DNA of 64,000 bases from the human T2T-CHM13v2.0 reference genome, Homo sapiens. The first letter of the stretch is position 1; each line of letters begins with the position of its first letter. The notes beneath the pieces were generated by a model that saw only the letters and a program-made list of their open reading frames with translations, did not search any database and was not told the origin of the DNA. Both the position numbers and the translations under genes were made by a program. Below are positions 42,626-55,371 of the stretch, in pieces. Location of the stretch: the NCBI RefSeq assembly GCF_009914755.1, contig NC_060937.1; one strand, written 5' to 3'.

Positions 42626-43449
42626 ATGTTTCATGTAATTTGTCTCCTATATGCAAATTATTTTTCTAATAAGTTTATGCCTAGTAAAACCCTATTCTTT
42701 CTGCAAATACCATTAACATTTCACTTGCTAAAATGCACAGTTCTCAATTTCCCATCAGGATTGTTTAAACTGTCTTCTTTTTACATTAACCCTGATGTAG
42801 TACTTAAAATAATTATTGAAGTGTATTATTTGTGCAACTTTGTAGAATAACATATCATCATAATTAGTTTTAAATAAAGCTCCAGAAACACATTTATTAT
42901 TCAATACATACTGAGTTAATTATATATGGGTATTATGTTCATTTAATATACTTTCTGATTATAAAATAAGTATATATATGGTACACGGGTTTTAAAAGTA
43001 CATAACATGATAAAGATTAAAAGAAAAAAATCAGCTCTTTCATCAATTTTTTACAATGCTTTTCAAGTTTTGTAACTGCTTTGTAACATTATCTCAATCT
43101 CCATCAATAAAATGTAGTTTCATAAGAAAAATTAAATAAAATGACATAAAAAACTTCATATTTCTTTTTTCCATATGATTTTGAAGGTGTTATTTTTAAT
43201 AATTAAATACTAGCCAATACTCTATTATGATAAAATATACTGATTTATATGTTTTGCTTCTGTTAGACATTTGCACTGTTTTTAAATTTCTACTAATATA
43301 CACACGACAGTGTGATATATATATAAATTATTAGCCAATTACAAATGAAGAAGCGAATAGCCTGATTTTGTAAGTTTTGAGTATATCAATAATTATATCA
43401 GAAATTATGTGCATAAGAATACAAGAAAGAAGTGTCAAAAATTTAAATT

Positions 43450-43510
43450 TGTGTGTGTGTATAGATAGATAGATAGACATAGATATAGATATATAGATGG
43501 TGTATATATC
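43450..43510. repeat. Compound (TG)/(TAGA)/(TA) microsatellite
   Basis: Seen directly. Confidence 0.85.
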
Positions 43511-44245
43511 TTGTATTTGCCCACAATATCAATGCCTCCATAATTCATACTTTAGCAACAATTGATTTTGTATGTGTGTGTACGCAAGTGTGTTTCTCTA
43601 CATGCAATTGTTTTTTCTGTGGTGTCTACTCCATTAGCTTAAGTCACATCCTGGCTTGTAAGTAACTAGTCAACTTATATTCACCCCCTTCTCTACTTTC
43701 TCTCATGTATATTTACATGTATGTATAGCAATAAGAAAATTATTCTCAGGTGTTAGTATTGTCAAATAACAAGGAGGGAAATATCAAGTGGTCTCCTAGA
43801 CTGAAAGTCTAGATTAGAAGACTGTTGGTATATATAACCGTACTCCAAATATTTCTTGCATTTGTGAATATTAAGAAATTTAGCAGCAATTTTTATGTTA
43901 ATGCTCATATGTTTATTCGACCTCACGTTGTTTAGGACCTCTCTTCACATTGGTGTCTCTCTTTGCTCATGATTCAATACTTAGTGACTGAAACTTATAG
44001 GACCTCAAAACATATTTATTAAATAAACCAATAAATCCTCCAAACCAACTCGTGAAAAAAAAGTCATGCACTGACATTTGGGAGTAAAATTCATCCTTGG
44101 GTTGCTCTGCATTACAGATTAAAAAAGAAAAGTTCCTAAAGCTCTATAACCCCTTATTATTGAAACAATACAATATGATAGCCAGATACTTTAGTTAAGA
44201 GCCTAGGAAATGATTCTATTTCTAACAAAAGCCCCACTGGCCCAG

Positions 44246-44257
44246 ACACACACACAG

Positions 44258-44294
<37 letters not shown>
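44246..44294. repeat. (CA)n(TA)n microsatellite
   Basis: Seen directly. Confidence 0.92.
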
Positions 44295-44344
44295 CAATAT
44301 TTTTAAACAAATTCATGTCAGTCTTCTAATTATGAACTTGTTTG

Positions 44345-44607
44345 TTGTCACCCAGGATGGAGTGCAGGGTACAATCACAGCTCACTGCAGCCTCAATCTC
44401 CTGGGTTCAAACATCTCCCTATCTCCTGAGTAGTTAGGAATACAGGAGAATGCCAACATGCCTAGCTATTTTCTTTTTTATTTTTTTTTGTAGAGGCAGG
44501 ACATCACTATGTTGCCCAGGCTGGTCTCAAACTCCTGAGCTTAAGTGATTCTCCTGCCTTAGCCTCCAAAGTGCAGGGATTACAGACCTGAGCCACTGCA
44601 CCTGGCT
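44345..44607 (-). mobile_element. AluJ lacking its 3' tail
   Basis: CACAGCTCACTGCAGCCTCAATCTCCTGGG and CACTATGTTGCCCAGGCTGGTCTCAAACTCCTGAGCTTAAG (J-type diagnostics). Confidence 0.92.
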
Positions 44608-44760
44608 TTACTGGTAGTTTTATCTATCAGTCATTTGCTCCTCAATATCCTCCATCAAATTTTTCCTATCAATAAAATATAAAATATGGAGTTTGGAATT
44701 TAAGTGAATAATCAGGATTTGGTGACTTTCACCCTTCTCAAAGGATAAGGTCTCTCAAGG

Positions 44761-46842
44761 TGATACACTTTGCCTCTGTGTCCTCACCCAAATCTCACCT
44801 TGAATTGTAATTCCCATAACTCCCATGTGTCAAGAGCAGGACCAGGTGGAGGTAATTGAATTAGGGGAATGGTTTTCCCCATGCTGTTCTCATTACAACG
44901 AGTGAGTTGAGTCTCTCAAGATCTGATGGTTTTAGAAGCATCAGGCATTTCCCCTGCTTGCACTTTCTTCATCCTGCCACCCTGTGAAGCAGGTGCGTGG
45001 TTCTCCTTTCCCTTCTGCCATGATTGTACGTTTCTTGAGGCCTCTCCAGCAATGTGGAACTGTGAGTCAATTAAACCTCTCTCCTTGATAAATGACCCAG
45101 TCTCAGCTATTTCTTCATAGCTGTGTCAGAATACACTAATACAGTAAATTAGTACCAAGGTAGTGGGGGACTGCTGTAAAGATACCAAAAATGTGGAAAT
45201 GACTTTGGAACTGGGTAACAGGCAGAGATTGGAACAGTTTGGAAGGCTCAGAAGGAGACAGGAAGATGTGGGAAAGTATGAAGTTTCCTAGATACTTGTT
45301 GAATGACTTTGACAAAAGTGCTGATAGTGATATGGACATTGAAGTTTAGGCTGAGGTGGTCTCAGATTGAGATGAGGAACTTCTTGGGAATTGGAACATA
45401 AGTGACTTTTTGCTGTTTTAGCAAAGAGACTGATAGCATTTTGTCCCTGCCCTAGAGATCTGTGGAACTTTGTACTTGAGATAGATGATTTAGGGTGTCT
45501 GGCAGAAGAAATTTGTAAGCGGCAAAGCATTCAAGAGAAAGCAGAACATAAAAATTTGAAAAATGTGCAACCTGATGATGAGATAAAAAAGAAAAACTCA
45601 TTTTCTGAGGAGAAATTCAAGCAGCCTTCAAAAATTTGCATAAGTAACCAAGAGCCAAATGTTATTCATCAAGACAATGGGGAAAATGGCTCTAGGACAT
45701 GTCAGAGACCTCCACAGCAGCCCCTGCCATCACAGGCCCAGAGGCCTAAGAGGGGAAGATGGTTTTCTGGGCTTGGCCCAGGGCCCTTCTTCTGTGTGCA
45801 GCCTCAGGAATTGGTGCACTGTGTCTCAGCTGCTCCAGCCATGGCTTAAAGGGACCAAGGTACAACTCAGGCCTTTTCTTCAGAGAGTCCAAGCCCCAAG
45901 CCTTGGCAGCTTACACATGTTGTTGGGCCTCCTGGTGCACAGAAGTCAAGAATTTAAGTTTGGGAGCCTCTGCCTAGATTTCAGAGGATGTATGGAAATG
46001 CCTGGATGTCCAGGGAGAAGTTTGCTGCAGGAGTGGAGCCCTTATGGAGAACCTCTGTTTGGGCAGTGCAGAACAGAAATGTGGAGTTGGAGCCCCAACA
46101 CAGAGTCCCTACTGGGGCATTGCCTAGCGTAGCTGTGAGAAGAAGGCCACTGTCCTCCAGAACCCAGAATACTATACCTGCTGGCAGCTTGCACTAGGCA
46201 CCTGGAAAAGCCACAGAGACTCAGTGCCAGCCTGTGAAAGCAGCCAGGAGGGGGGCTGCACTCTGCAAAGCCATAGAGGCAGAGCTGTCCAAGGCTGTGG
46301 GAGCCCAACTCTTGCAGCAGCTTTACCTGGATGTGAGACACGGAGTCAAAGAAGATCATTTTGAAACTTTGAGGTGTAATGACTGCCCTGTTGGATTTCA
46401 AACTTGCATGGGGCCTCTTGCCCCTTTGTTTTGGTCAATTTCTCCCATTTGGAATGGGTGTATTTACCCAATGCCTGTACCCCCATTTTATCTGGGAAGT
46501 AACTAACTTGTTTTTGATTTTACAGGCTCATAGGCAGAAAGGACTTGCCTTGTCTCAGATGAGACTTTGAACTTGCACTTTTGGGTTAATGCTGGCATGA
46601 GTTAAGACTTTGGATGACTGTTGGCAGTGCATGATTGTGTTTTGAAATGTGAAGACATGAGATTTTGGAGGGGCCAGGGGCAGAATAATATGTTGTTTGC
46701 CTCTGCTTTGCCTTCTGCCATGATTATAAGTTTCCTGAGGCCTCCACAACCATGTGGAACTGTGATTCAATTAAATCTCCTTCCTTTATAAATTACCCAG
46801 TATCTGGTATTTCTTCATAGCAGTGTGCAAATGGACTAATAT
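44761..46842 (+). mobile_element. THE1D-like MaLR provirus: 5' LTR 44761-45143, internal 45144-46685, internally deleted 3' LTR 46686-46842
   Basis: LTR ends CTAATACA, then internal GTAAATTAGTACC...GACTTTGGAACTGGGTAACAGGCAGAG. Polypurine tract GGAGGGGCCAGGGGCAGAA precedes the 3' LTR. Flanks (C/G)AAGG resemble a 5-bp TSD. Confidence 0.93.
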
Positions 46843-47744
46843 GAAGGGAATAAATATTTAGAGAGAACAGGATGAAAAGCACAAGTGAGAGATGAGTAAT
46901 TTTTAAAACATGTCAGAGACATGGTAATCTAGTAAGTCAATGACCACTTCCCTTTTGTGTTGAGTTGAATGTAGCCAGAAAATCTTAAATGAATAATCTA
47001 ATTATGTTTTCTAGTAAATAAGCACAGAACTGCCTTCTGCAAATGTATGAGTCATTAAGCTCTCCACACATAGCTTAATTCCCAGATTTTACAGTTTTTT
47101 CATGATAAATTATAAAGACTTTGTAATGAATTGTTATTATGTATGATAACAATTATTATAGTGATGTATATAAAATACTATTCAGAAAACATCTACTTGG
47201 AATTAAATGTATACCCTTATTAACTGATTTATATGTGAGGTTTTGTTGTGGCCCAAAGCATTGAAAATATTTTAAATGATACCAAAGTTCTACATAGGGA
47301 AATGCTATTTCAAAACAGCAGCTTAAAATTGTTTTGTATCATTATCATATTTTCTTCAAGTAAAAGCTTCTCTTGAAGCTGACTATAAAAAACCTATAAA
47401 GATGAATACTATTACATTGGATAGAATAAAGGAAAGAAAGTTTCTGGTAGTTGAACCCTTGTTATTTCCCAATGTATTTGGAACATATACCTTGGAAATT
47501 CAGGTTATGATAACAATTTGAAAATGAATATTGAAAAATAATTAAATAATTTATAAACATGTATTATGATTATCTGTTTGTTTTCTTTTAAAATGCATAA
47601 AAATGGGTATGGATGTCTATCAAAAGTAGATATCTATACAACACCATGAGCACTTGTAGGGTTAGTGGATTTGGCCAGATTCATCATCACAAAACCAAAA
47701 CTTTGCCCTAACAAAGCCCCACCATGAGTTCATATTAGAAAAAG

Positions 47745-47845
47745 TAATATATATGTATGTATGTATGTGTGTGTGTGTGTGTATATATAAATATATACTT
47801 ATTTATTATATAATATTATATATATATATATATATATGTATATGT
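47745..47845. repeat. Compound (TATG)/(TG)/(TA) microsatellite
   Basis: Seen directly. Confidence 0.9.
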
Positions 47846-48075
47846 AAACCAGATCAAGAACATGAAAGCAAAGTTCTTTTTCAGTTGCCACTAAAATGCT
47901 CTCTGAATCTCTAGTTTACTATATTGGGCTGAATTGAAGATTCCTTTTGCTTAGGCTCATGGCTAAACTTCGTAGTGGCTTCTTCCATTGCCAGTAATAT
48001 TACATCAATCTGTAACTGCAACAATAGTTGTAAAGGGAAAGGTGCCGAAGGACAGCTCTGAAGGAAATCAGAGAC

Positions 48076-48184
48076 GAATTGGTGATCACCTTCAACCCAG
48101 AGAATATGTTTTAAAGCCAGCCTAATCTCCCCATTGGACATCACTCTAAAATAAACACAGCTTCCAAAAAGTAGCATCCCTGAG
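48076..48184 (+). repeat. Source copy of a 109-bp local duplication (second copy 49433-49541)
   Basis: Hand alignment gives 103/109 identity, ungapped, offset 1357 bp. Confidence 0.97.
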
Positions 48185-48439
48185 CCTTTTAAACAGTATA
48201 TCAACGTGGAACAAGAGAGTAAAAGAGACAACACTTTAATAAGAACTCATCATTTCACCTACTCTAAGCTGTACCTCTTCTTTTGAGGTGACGTTGGGGT
48301 GTGAATATAACAGTGAGAAGCTACGTATCTGAAAACAAATAATAAATTCATAAAGCAATACCTCATTGATTATATAATTTAATAGTACCTATTACTATAT
48401 CTGCATATTTGGAATTTATAAATCGCATTTTATAGATGA

Positions 48440-48866
48440 GAAATACTGCTCCCCAACAAAGGTAACTGTTACCTGGATAGACTAGTTCTGCCTGCTCTTG
48501 AATATAATATAAATTATATCGTATAGTTTTTATTTATGTATGACCATTTTCTTTAAATTTTTTTTAACATGGTCCTGATGCTGTCCATAACGTACTTTAT
48601 TCATTTTCTTTCCTATAGAGTACACCATTAGAGGACTTACCATAATTAAATCATTTGTTGCTGCTGATAGGGAAGTGCATTATTTACAGTCTGTACTACT
48701 ATAAGTAATGCACATATTTTGTGCTTGTCTTATTGAAAAGACATATATACATTTGTGTTGAGAATATATCTAAGAGCAGAATAGCTGCCTCATGAGTATG
48801 CTCAGTTTTAATAGATAATGCTAAACAACCTTCCAAAGTGGTTGTACCAATTTATTCTCTCCCATT
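48440..48866 (-). mobile_element. L1ME-like 3' fragment
   Basis: TAGTTCTGCCTGCTCTTGAA...; TTCCAAAGTGGTTGTACCAATTTATTCTCTCCCA. Confidence 0.7.
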
Positions 48867-49341
48867 TCTAGTCACAGTTTACATAGGCTGGATCCAGTGA
48901 GGTCAGAACAGTCATCCTAAAATTTGTATGTGAATTACTTGATGGTAATGCTTTTAAAATACATTGTCTCAGTGATCCATCTCAACAAATGCAATTCAGT
49001 ATGATTGGGGAAGCATCAAATAATCTGGGCTTGTAATGCATAATTTCCTAAGACTGTGATGAGTATGATTTGAAGAATAGTTATACAAAAACTGAATTGA
49101 AAACTTTTGAAATTAAGGCTTCTAAATCAGAAGTCTAAACATGATACATAGTTCGCTAAATGATGACATGCTCTCTCAGATGTTCCCACCACTATAAAAT
49201 TTAGAATATTATTGTAGAGATATTTTCCATAGATTAGTGGATTGCATTTTCAAGAAAAGCATGGGCACAGCGAAAAAAAATAAATGTATGGATTGACCCA
49301 TAAATATAAGAAAATATTTTTTATACATATAAATACAAATC

Positions 49342-49386
49342 TATATATTTGTGTGTGTATATATATATACAAGTATATATATATAC

Positions 49387-49432
<46 letters not shown>

Positions 49433-49536
49433 GAATTGGTGATCACCTTCAACCCAGAGAATATGTTTTAAAGCTAGCCTAATCTCCCCATTGGACACCA
49501 TTCTAAAATAAACATGGCTTCCAAAAAGTAGCAGCC

Positions 49537-49583
<47 letters not shown>

Positions 49584-49590
49584 ATCTATC
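49342..49590. repeat. Compound microsatellite (TA/TG ... (GA)21, TATC) containing the 109-bp duplicate at 49433-49541
   Basis: Seen directly. Confidence 0.95.
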
Positions 49591-49779
49591 TCAGTCTTTT
49601 AGAAAAGACCTTGAGACTTAGTATGCATGCCTGGCTAACTCAAAGAACAAATACCTCAGTGACACATCTCTGTTTGTGATTTTATCTGAAGTCTTTACTT
49701 TTCTCCGCATTTATTGGTTTTGAATTTTTGCTATATTTGCAATTTGCTTAGTTGACAGCTATGAGAGAGGTATTTAGTG

Positions 49780-50400
49780 GCTATACCTGCTTTATCCCAT
49801 ATTTCAGGCTCTGCTTTAATTAGATTGGGGCATTAAGGTAAAGGTGTGCCTCCTTGAGCCTACTCTCCTTTCTGAAGCATCCTTGAAGGCCACATATGCC
49901 AGATGTGGCAGCACAGGATGGAATAACCTCCAGAAGCTCACAGCCCTGTGTGGGAAGGAGGACCCCATGGGCACTAAGCATGTAAAATGAGTGTAGACTT
50001 GACATCCTATAGCCATTGTGACAAAGCAAAAATCTGATATATGTGTTATTGAATTAGCACTCAATTTTTAGGTGGCAAAAAACTAATAGAAGAAAAAAAT
50101 ATTCATATACATTAATCATTGGCAAAATATTTTGTTCCCTTGCTATCGACAGTATCTTGGTATGCTAACTAAACTTGGAAAAAAATCTAACTGTAGGAGA
50201 AGATCTTGAAAAAAATGAAGGAAATAGTATGTATTGGTTGTTATTGGATATATTTGACAAGATATTGCAAGACAATAATGAGCTCTTGAAAGAACTGGCT
50301 AGTCTGTAAGTAGAAATAAAATTTAATAGAGAGATTCCAGAATTTGTATGCTTTACAGAATTATAAGTGCTTACTGCTTTTAGTAAGAGATGGAATCTGA
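49780..50400 (+). mobile_element. Old MLT1 LTR remnant followed by MLT1 internal sequence
   Basis: CCTTGAAGGCCACATATGCCAGATG...CACAGGATGGAA (LTR-like); TATTGGATATATTTGACAAGATATTGCAAGACAATAATGAGCTCTTGAAAGAACTGGCTAGTCTGTAAGTAGAAAT (MLT-int-like). Confidence 0.55.
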
Positions 50401-50707
50401 ATGTCCCATACAGTACATTATTATTTGTTATAAATGAGCACCCATTATTGAAATAAATATCATCAATACTTTGATAAAATATATGACATTCGTTGTGTTA
50501 TTACAAAAGTGCCAAAGAATCAAACATAAAAATGGAAAGTAGGAGATAAGATATTCACATTTTATATTTTTATCAGTATTCACATTTTCAACTTTCGGTC
50601 CTGTAGTAAGCCATAACCTTCCAAACGTCCTCAAAAATGTTGCAATTTTTAGAGAGAAAATTTTTACAAGAACATCTTTTATACCTACATTAACATTCTG
50701 TCATTAG

Positions 50708-51303
50708 TGTCTGGGAGGATACTCAGATATCCTTCAAGATATCTCTTCTTTTGGTGCATATGTCCTGAATAATCTGCAGATCTGCAAAGATGATAGATTT
50801 TACTCTTTGATGAGGTTATGTTATAGGGCATAGTTGATTGTAAGGTAGAAAGATTATCTGCATGGGCCTCACCAAATCAGGTGAACCCTTCAAAAGCAAT
50901 ATTTTCCCTGTCTAGAATTAAAAACAGAAATCAGAAAGATAAATTCCAGCTTGTCTGGAAGAAGGCAAACACCCATGTTGTGAGCTGCTAGTGGAGAAGG
51001 CTGCTCTTTAGAAGCTGAGTGATCACCAGCACAGTTAGCAGACAAAGGGTAACTTCAATCCTACAACAGCAAAGAAATTAGTGAGCCAACCACCTGAATG
51101 AACTTGAAATAGATATTTACCCCAGCATTCAGAAGGCAAACAGCCCAGTTAATACCATTTCAATCTTTTGAGATGCTGAGCAGAGAATTCCGCTATGACG
51201 TACCCAGACATCTGACCTACAGACCTGGAAGTTAATAAATAAATATTGCTTTTTTGGTGCTGAATTTATGCTAATGTGTTTTTCAGCAACAAAAACTAAT
51301 ATA
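50708..51303 (+). mobile_element. MLT1E-like MaLR solo LTR
   Basis: AGATTATCTGCATGGGCCTCACCAAATCAGGTGAACCCTT...CCTACAACAGCAAAGAAATT...CTGACCTACAGA...CAGCAACAAAAACTAATATA. Confidence 0.85.
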
Positions 51304-52613
51304 GTGTACCCACATGGACAGAAAATAGTATTTGTCTCCTTGAATCTTGAAACCAGAATGCAAATATCCCCGAAATCATAATGCAGAGTCTCTGAAACCG
51401 TGGTGAATGGCTCATTTTGCTTTTCTTTCCAGTATATACTACTTCCAACAAAATGCCTCAACCTTTGGCACTAGAAAGAAACTCAAGAATTACCATTTTA
51501 ACTTATGAATACATCTTTCTAGATATATTAAAAAATCTAAGTATTTTAAAAAAACAGGATAATTTACAGTGTAGTTATATATTTTTCTTCTTCAAATAAG
51601 AATGTTTAAATTAAAGCTGCATCAGTCAGCAAGTTTTAACATTTTGAAAATAAGTATTTTTCTTCTTAAGAAAATGTACAGCACTAAACTAAAATAGAAT
51701 TGAAATGAACTGTTAAGTGTATTCATGATCAGGATAGCCATATGTTATTTATGACCTCTGAGCTTGGTTCTAAGACAAATAAATGTTTGGATATAAATGG
51801 AATATTAATGGGTTTAATCTGGTAATTAAAAAGATGATGAGTTTTGGCCCAAGTAAGACTCTCCTGGATGTGATAAACCCTACATATATTTAAGGGATGG
51901 AAATCTTTTTTCTTCAAGATGTATATTTTATCATAATGTATAGTAAAAATATTTGGAGCATGTGACGTATTACTTTGATAAACAAAAAACCAATCTTATT
52001 GAATATTGACAAAATTACTAATGTAGGGTTAATGGCCATAAATTGTTTTACATATATAAATACACATATCATTTTGAGCACACACACAGACATATTAAGT
52101 TGTATGAAAGAGCTTTTTGAGTTGTTTTGAATAAAAGCCTTGCCATTGTTTAAGAACAGTAAAATGCTCTTTTAATGATTTACATATTGTTACAATGCTT
52201 AGAAGTTCATTTTTATTTTACTGGATATTAGAATAACAAAGCAGTAGATCAATTTTTAAGGGCTGTTAGGAGACAGTTTCTAGGTGCACAGAAAATAACA
52301 CACTTGGTAATTATATTTCTAGAAACTATCTGATTATGAAAGCTTTATTTTAGAAATACAAGATATAAAATACATTGCAATGTTTATTTTGGCTATTGCT
52401 TATATACCTGATTTAAAATAGAAAGTTTAGTCATATAGTTATTTTAAATAAATAAATGTGCATTGAGCGTTATCAATTTTATTTATGTGACATTCTAACT
52501 CATTTGAAGCAAGAGTCTAAATTTGTATCACAGATATCTGGAGGCTCCCATAAAATCCTGCATGATGTATAAGCAGCACTGGTCACATTCACATTTGATT
52601 TGAAAAACTCTCT

Positions 52614-52827
52614 TGGACACAGGAAGGGGAACATCACACACCGGGGCCCATTGTGGGGAATGGGAAGGGGGGAGGGATAGCATTAGGAGATATACCTAAT
52701 GTAAATGACGAGTTAATGGGTGCAGCACACCAATATGGCACACGTATACATATGTAACAAACCTGCATGTTGTGCACATGTACCCTAGAACTTAAAGTAT
52801 AATAAAAAATATATATATATATAAAAA
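52614..52827 (+). mobile_element. Short 5'-truncated L1PA3/4-like 3' UTR with a perfect TSD
   Basis: TGGACACAGGAAGGGGAACATCACACACCGGGG...GTACCCTAGAACTTAAAGTATAATAAAAA; 12-bp TSD GAAAAACTCTCT at 52602-52613 and 52828-52839. Confidence 0.96.
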
Positions 52828-53299
52828 GAAAAACTCTCTGGAAAGATGAACAAGAATATCTTATCTGTGAGAATGAATCTCACATTCAGGCATTACTTTT
52901 TGTTTAACACCTACAGTTAAGGCTAGGTGCTGTGTGTGTGTGTGTTTGTACACTTCTGTGTCTGGGCATGTATGTATATATATTTATATACCTGATCTGA
53001 ATTATCCATAATTATTTACATAAATTTAAGCAGAATTCATTATCAAAATAAAAAACTATCTCTGTAGGACTGCATAAAGTTCCAGGGAAGAATCTATGAT
53101 AATACTTTGTTATTGGCGCCAGAGTATGTTGACATTGACTTATCTGTGCACTGTTATGCCAAAGATAGACATGCCTCCAGGCGGCACCTGCTGAGATGTC
53201 TGGATACCCATTGTTCTCTGTTCTTTGAGCCATGTATTCTCTACCCTTCATATGTCCCTAAGACACAGGATCATCTGATTCTCTGACATGCTGTCAGTT

Positions 53300-53720
53300 C
53301 TCACTAGGTAGCAAAGTGAATGAATACATTATTAATTTCTCCACCCCTTGAACAGAGGCTTGGACATGAGACTTGCTCTTGCCAACGGTAATTTTTTAAA
53401 TGTGGCCTAAACAGAGAAGATGTCTTACTTTGCTGATTTGAAAAGCTACCACCACATCATATGAATTAGTACAAGATATCCTGCTTAAGACAGACACATG
53501 ATCATCACTTTGATATTCAACAAATTGCCAACATGTGAGTGAGTTCCTTGAGGGTAACCAGCCTGCCAACCACTCGTATACTATTCAGACCTATCTGAGC
53601 CTAGACAGACCACAATAACTGACTCTTTGACCTATAAAGATGTGAAAAATAATAAATGTCTTTGGTTTTAAACTAGTCGATTTGGAGTAATTTGTTACAA
53701 AGTAAATACCAATAAATATA
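53300..53720 (+). mobile_element. MLT1G/H-like MaLR LTR
   Basis: TTTCTCCACCCCTTGAA...GACTTGCTCTTGCCAAC...AATAAATGTCTTTGGTTTTAAACTAG...GGAGTAATTTGTTACAAAG. Confidence 0.7.
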
Positions 53721-54180
53721 CCTCTCTTCCAATTTAAAGTTTCTTCATCATGATTCTTCCTGATAATTTAGTAATGTCTTATGAATGTGGTGGCTTTATA
53801 TCCTAAAGGCTTATATTTTGACAATTCATTTTCTATTAGCCAAAATAAATACTTCTCCTGTAGGCAAGGACAGAAATACAGAGATGTCCATGTGGAACAG
53901 TTCCCAAGTTTAAAAAGACATGTAAGTAACAAGAGCATATGGATAAGTATTTCACAAATTCTGATTTAAAAAACAAAACAAAACTTGCCCTAATATATAC
54001 AGTGTGTAAACAAATGAGAGGAATGTAAGCTCAAAAATATGAGATATGATAAGTAAAAATAAATAAATATTCAAAATTTGATTAGAGAGGATATATTTCT
54101 TTACTGTTAGGCCCAAAATGTGTCCACAGTGAGAGGAGTATAAATATTGATATGGGTTTTTCTAACACAGTTTGCTAAAG

Positions 54181-54687
54181 CAGAAGTCCCCAACCTTTTC
54201 AGCACTGGACAGGTTTAGTGGAAGACAATTTTTCCACAGACAAAGGGGAGAGTGAGGTAGGGAGATGGTTTCAGGATTACTCAAGTGCATTACATTTATT
54301 GTGCACTTTATTTCTGTTATTATTACATTGTAATATATAATGAAATAATTATACAACTGACCATAATGTAGAATCAGTGGAAGCCCTGAGCTTGTTTTCC
54401 TACAACTAGATGGTTCCAACTAGGGGTGATGGGAAAAAGTGACAGATCATCAGGCATTAGATTTTCATAAGGAATGCACAACCTAGAACCACTGCATGAG
54501 TAGTTCACAACAGGGTTCACCCTCCTATGAGAATCTAATGCCACCACTGATCTAACAGGAGGCAGAGCTCAGGCAGTATTGGGAGTGATGGGGAGAGGCT
54601 GTAAATACAGATAAAGTTTCACTACCTCACCTATGGCTCACCTCCTGCTGTGCAACCAAGCACCTGTCCAGGGGTTGGGGAACCATA
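54181..54687 (+). mobile_element. MER1A (hAT-Charlie non-autonomous DNA transposon)
   Basis: TIRs CAGAAGTCCCCAACC / GGTTGGGGAACCATA; perfect 8-bp TSD TGCTAAAG at 54173-54180 and 54688-54695. Confidence 0.95.
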
Positions 54688-55340
54688 TGCTAAAGTATAA
54701 TTAAAGTATAGTTGTTCGATAGCTTACTTAATGAAGCCTTAATTTCCTTATAATTAAACTTTAGTTATAAATATAAATTTCTGATCTATTTATTTTAATT
54801 TTGGTGAAGTTGAAGAAAATAATGTGTATAAGCACTTAGTAATAGATGTAGTACAAAGTACATTTTCAGCACATTTAAAAAATATTATTAGAACAAGTTC
54901 ATCTGTACTGTGTATTTTTATCTATACTGTATATTTTAAAATATTTATCTATTACAAATAAAATTAATATCAATAATTTATATTTCTTAAGTGTATTTAG
55001 CATACAATTTAAAACAGTGGCCCATAGATGAGTGTTAAGATTTATTCTATTCATCGTTCAAGGAATAAGAAAGATGAACCTTGATTGTTAAGGTTTGAAT
55101 GTTAAAGAATCAAATAGATTTATTAATGAATTTTTTAATTGGAAGGTTTTGATTGTTTAACAGAATTATAGAAATTGATGTAAGGAAGAAAACCCAAAAT
55201 AGATTATTTGCAATGTAACAGGATAAGAAATATTTTCAAATACTATTACCATATAAAGTGTACAATCACAGGCACATGAAAGCTGGGGCTAAAAATTATT
55301 TATATAGTACTATTACACATATATTACATATACACAAAAT

Positions 55341-55364
<24 letters not shown>
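55341..55364. repeat. (TA)n microsatellite
   Basis: Seen directly. Confidence 0.95.

Positions 55365-55371
<7 letters not shown>

Noticed and set aside
45556-46770. Cluster of overlapping ORFs up to 157 aa
   Set aside because: Lies in GC-richer THE1 internal/LTR sequence where stops are rarer; no intact long frame.
47911-49501. Two ORFs sharing a 21-aa peptide, read as paralogous genes
   Set aside because: Fully explained by the 109-bp DNA duplication; the second ORF runs into microsatellite.
53167-53176. p53-like half site AGACATGCCT
   Set aside because: Single half site without a matching partner.
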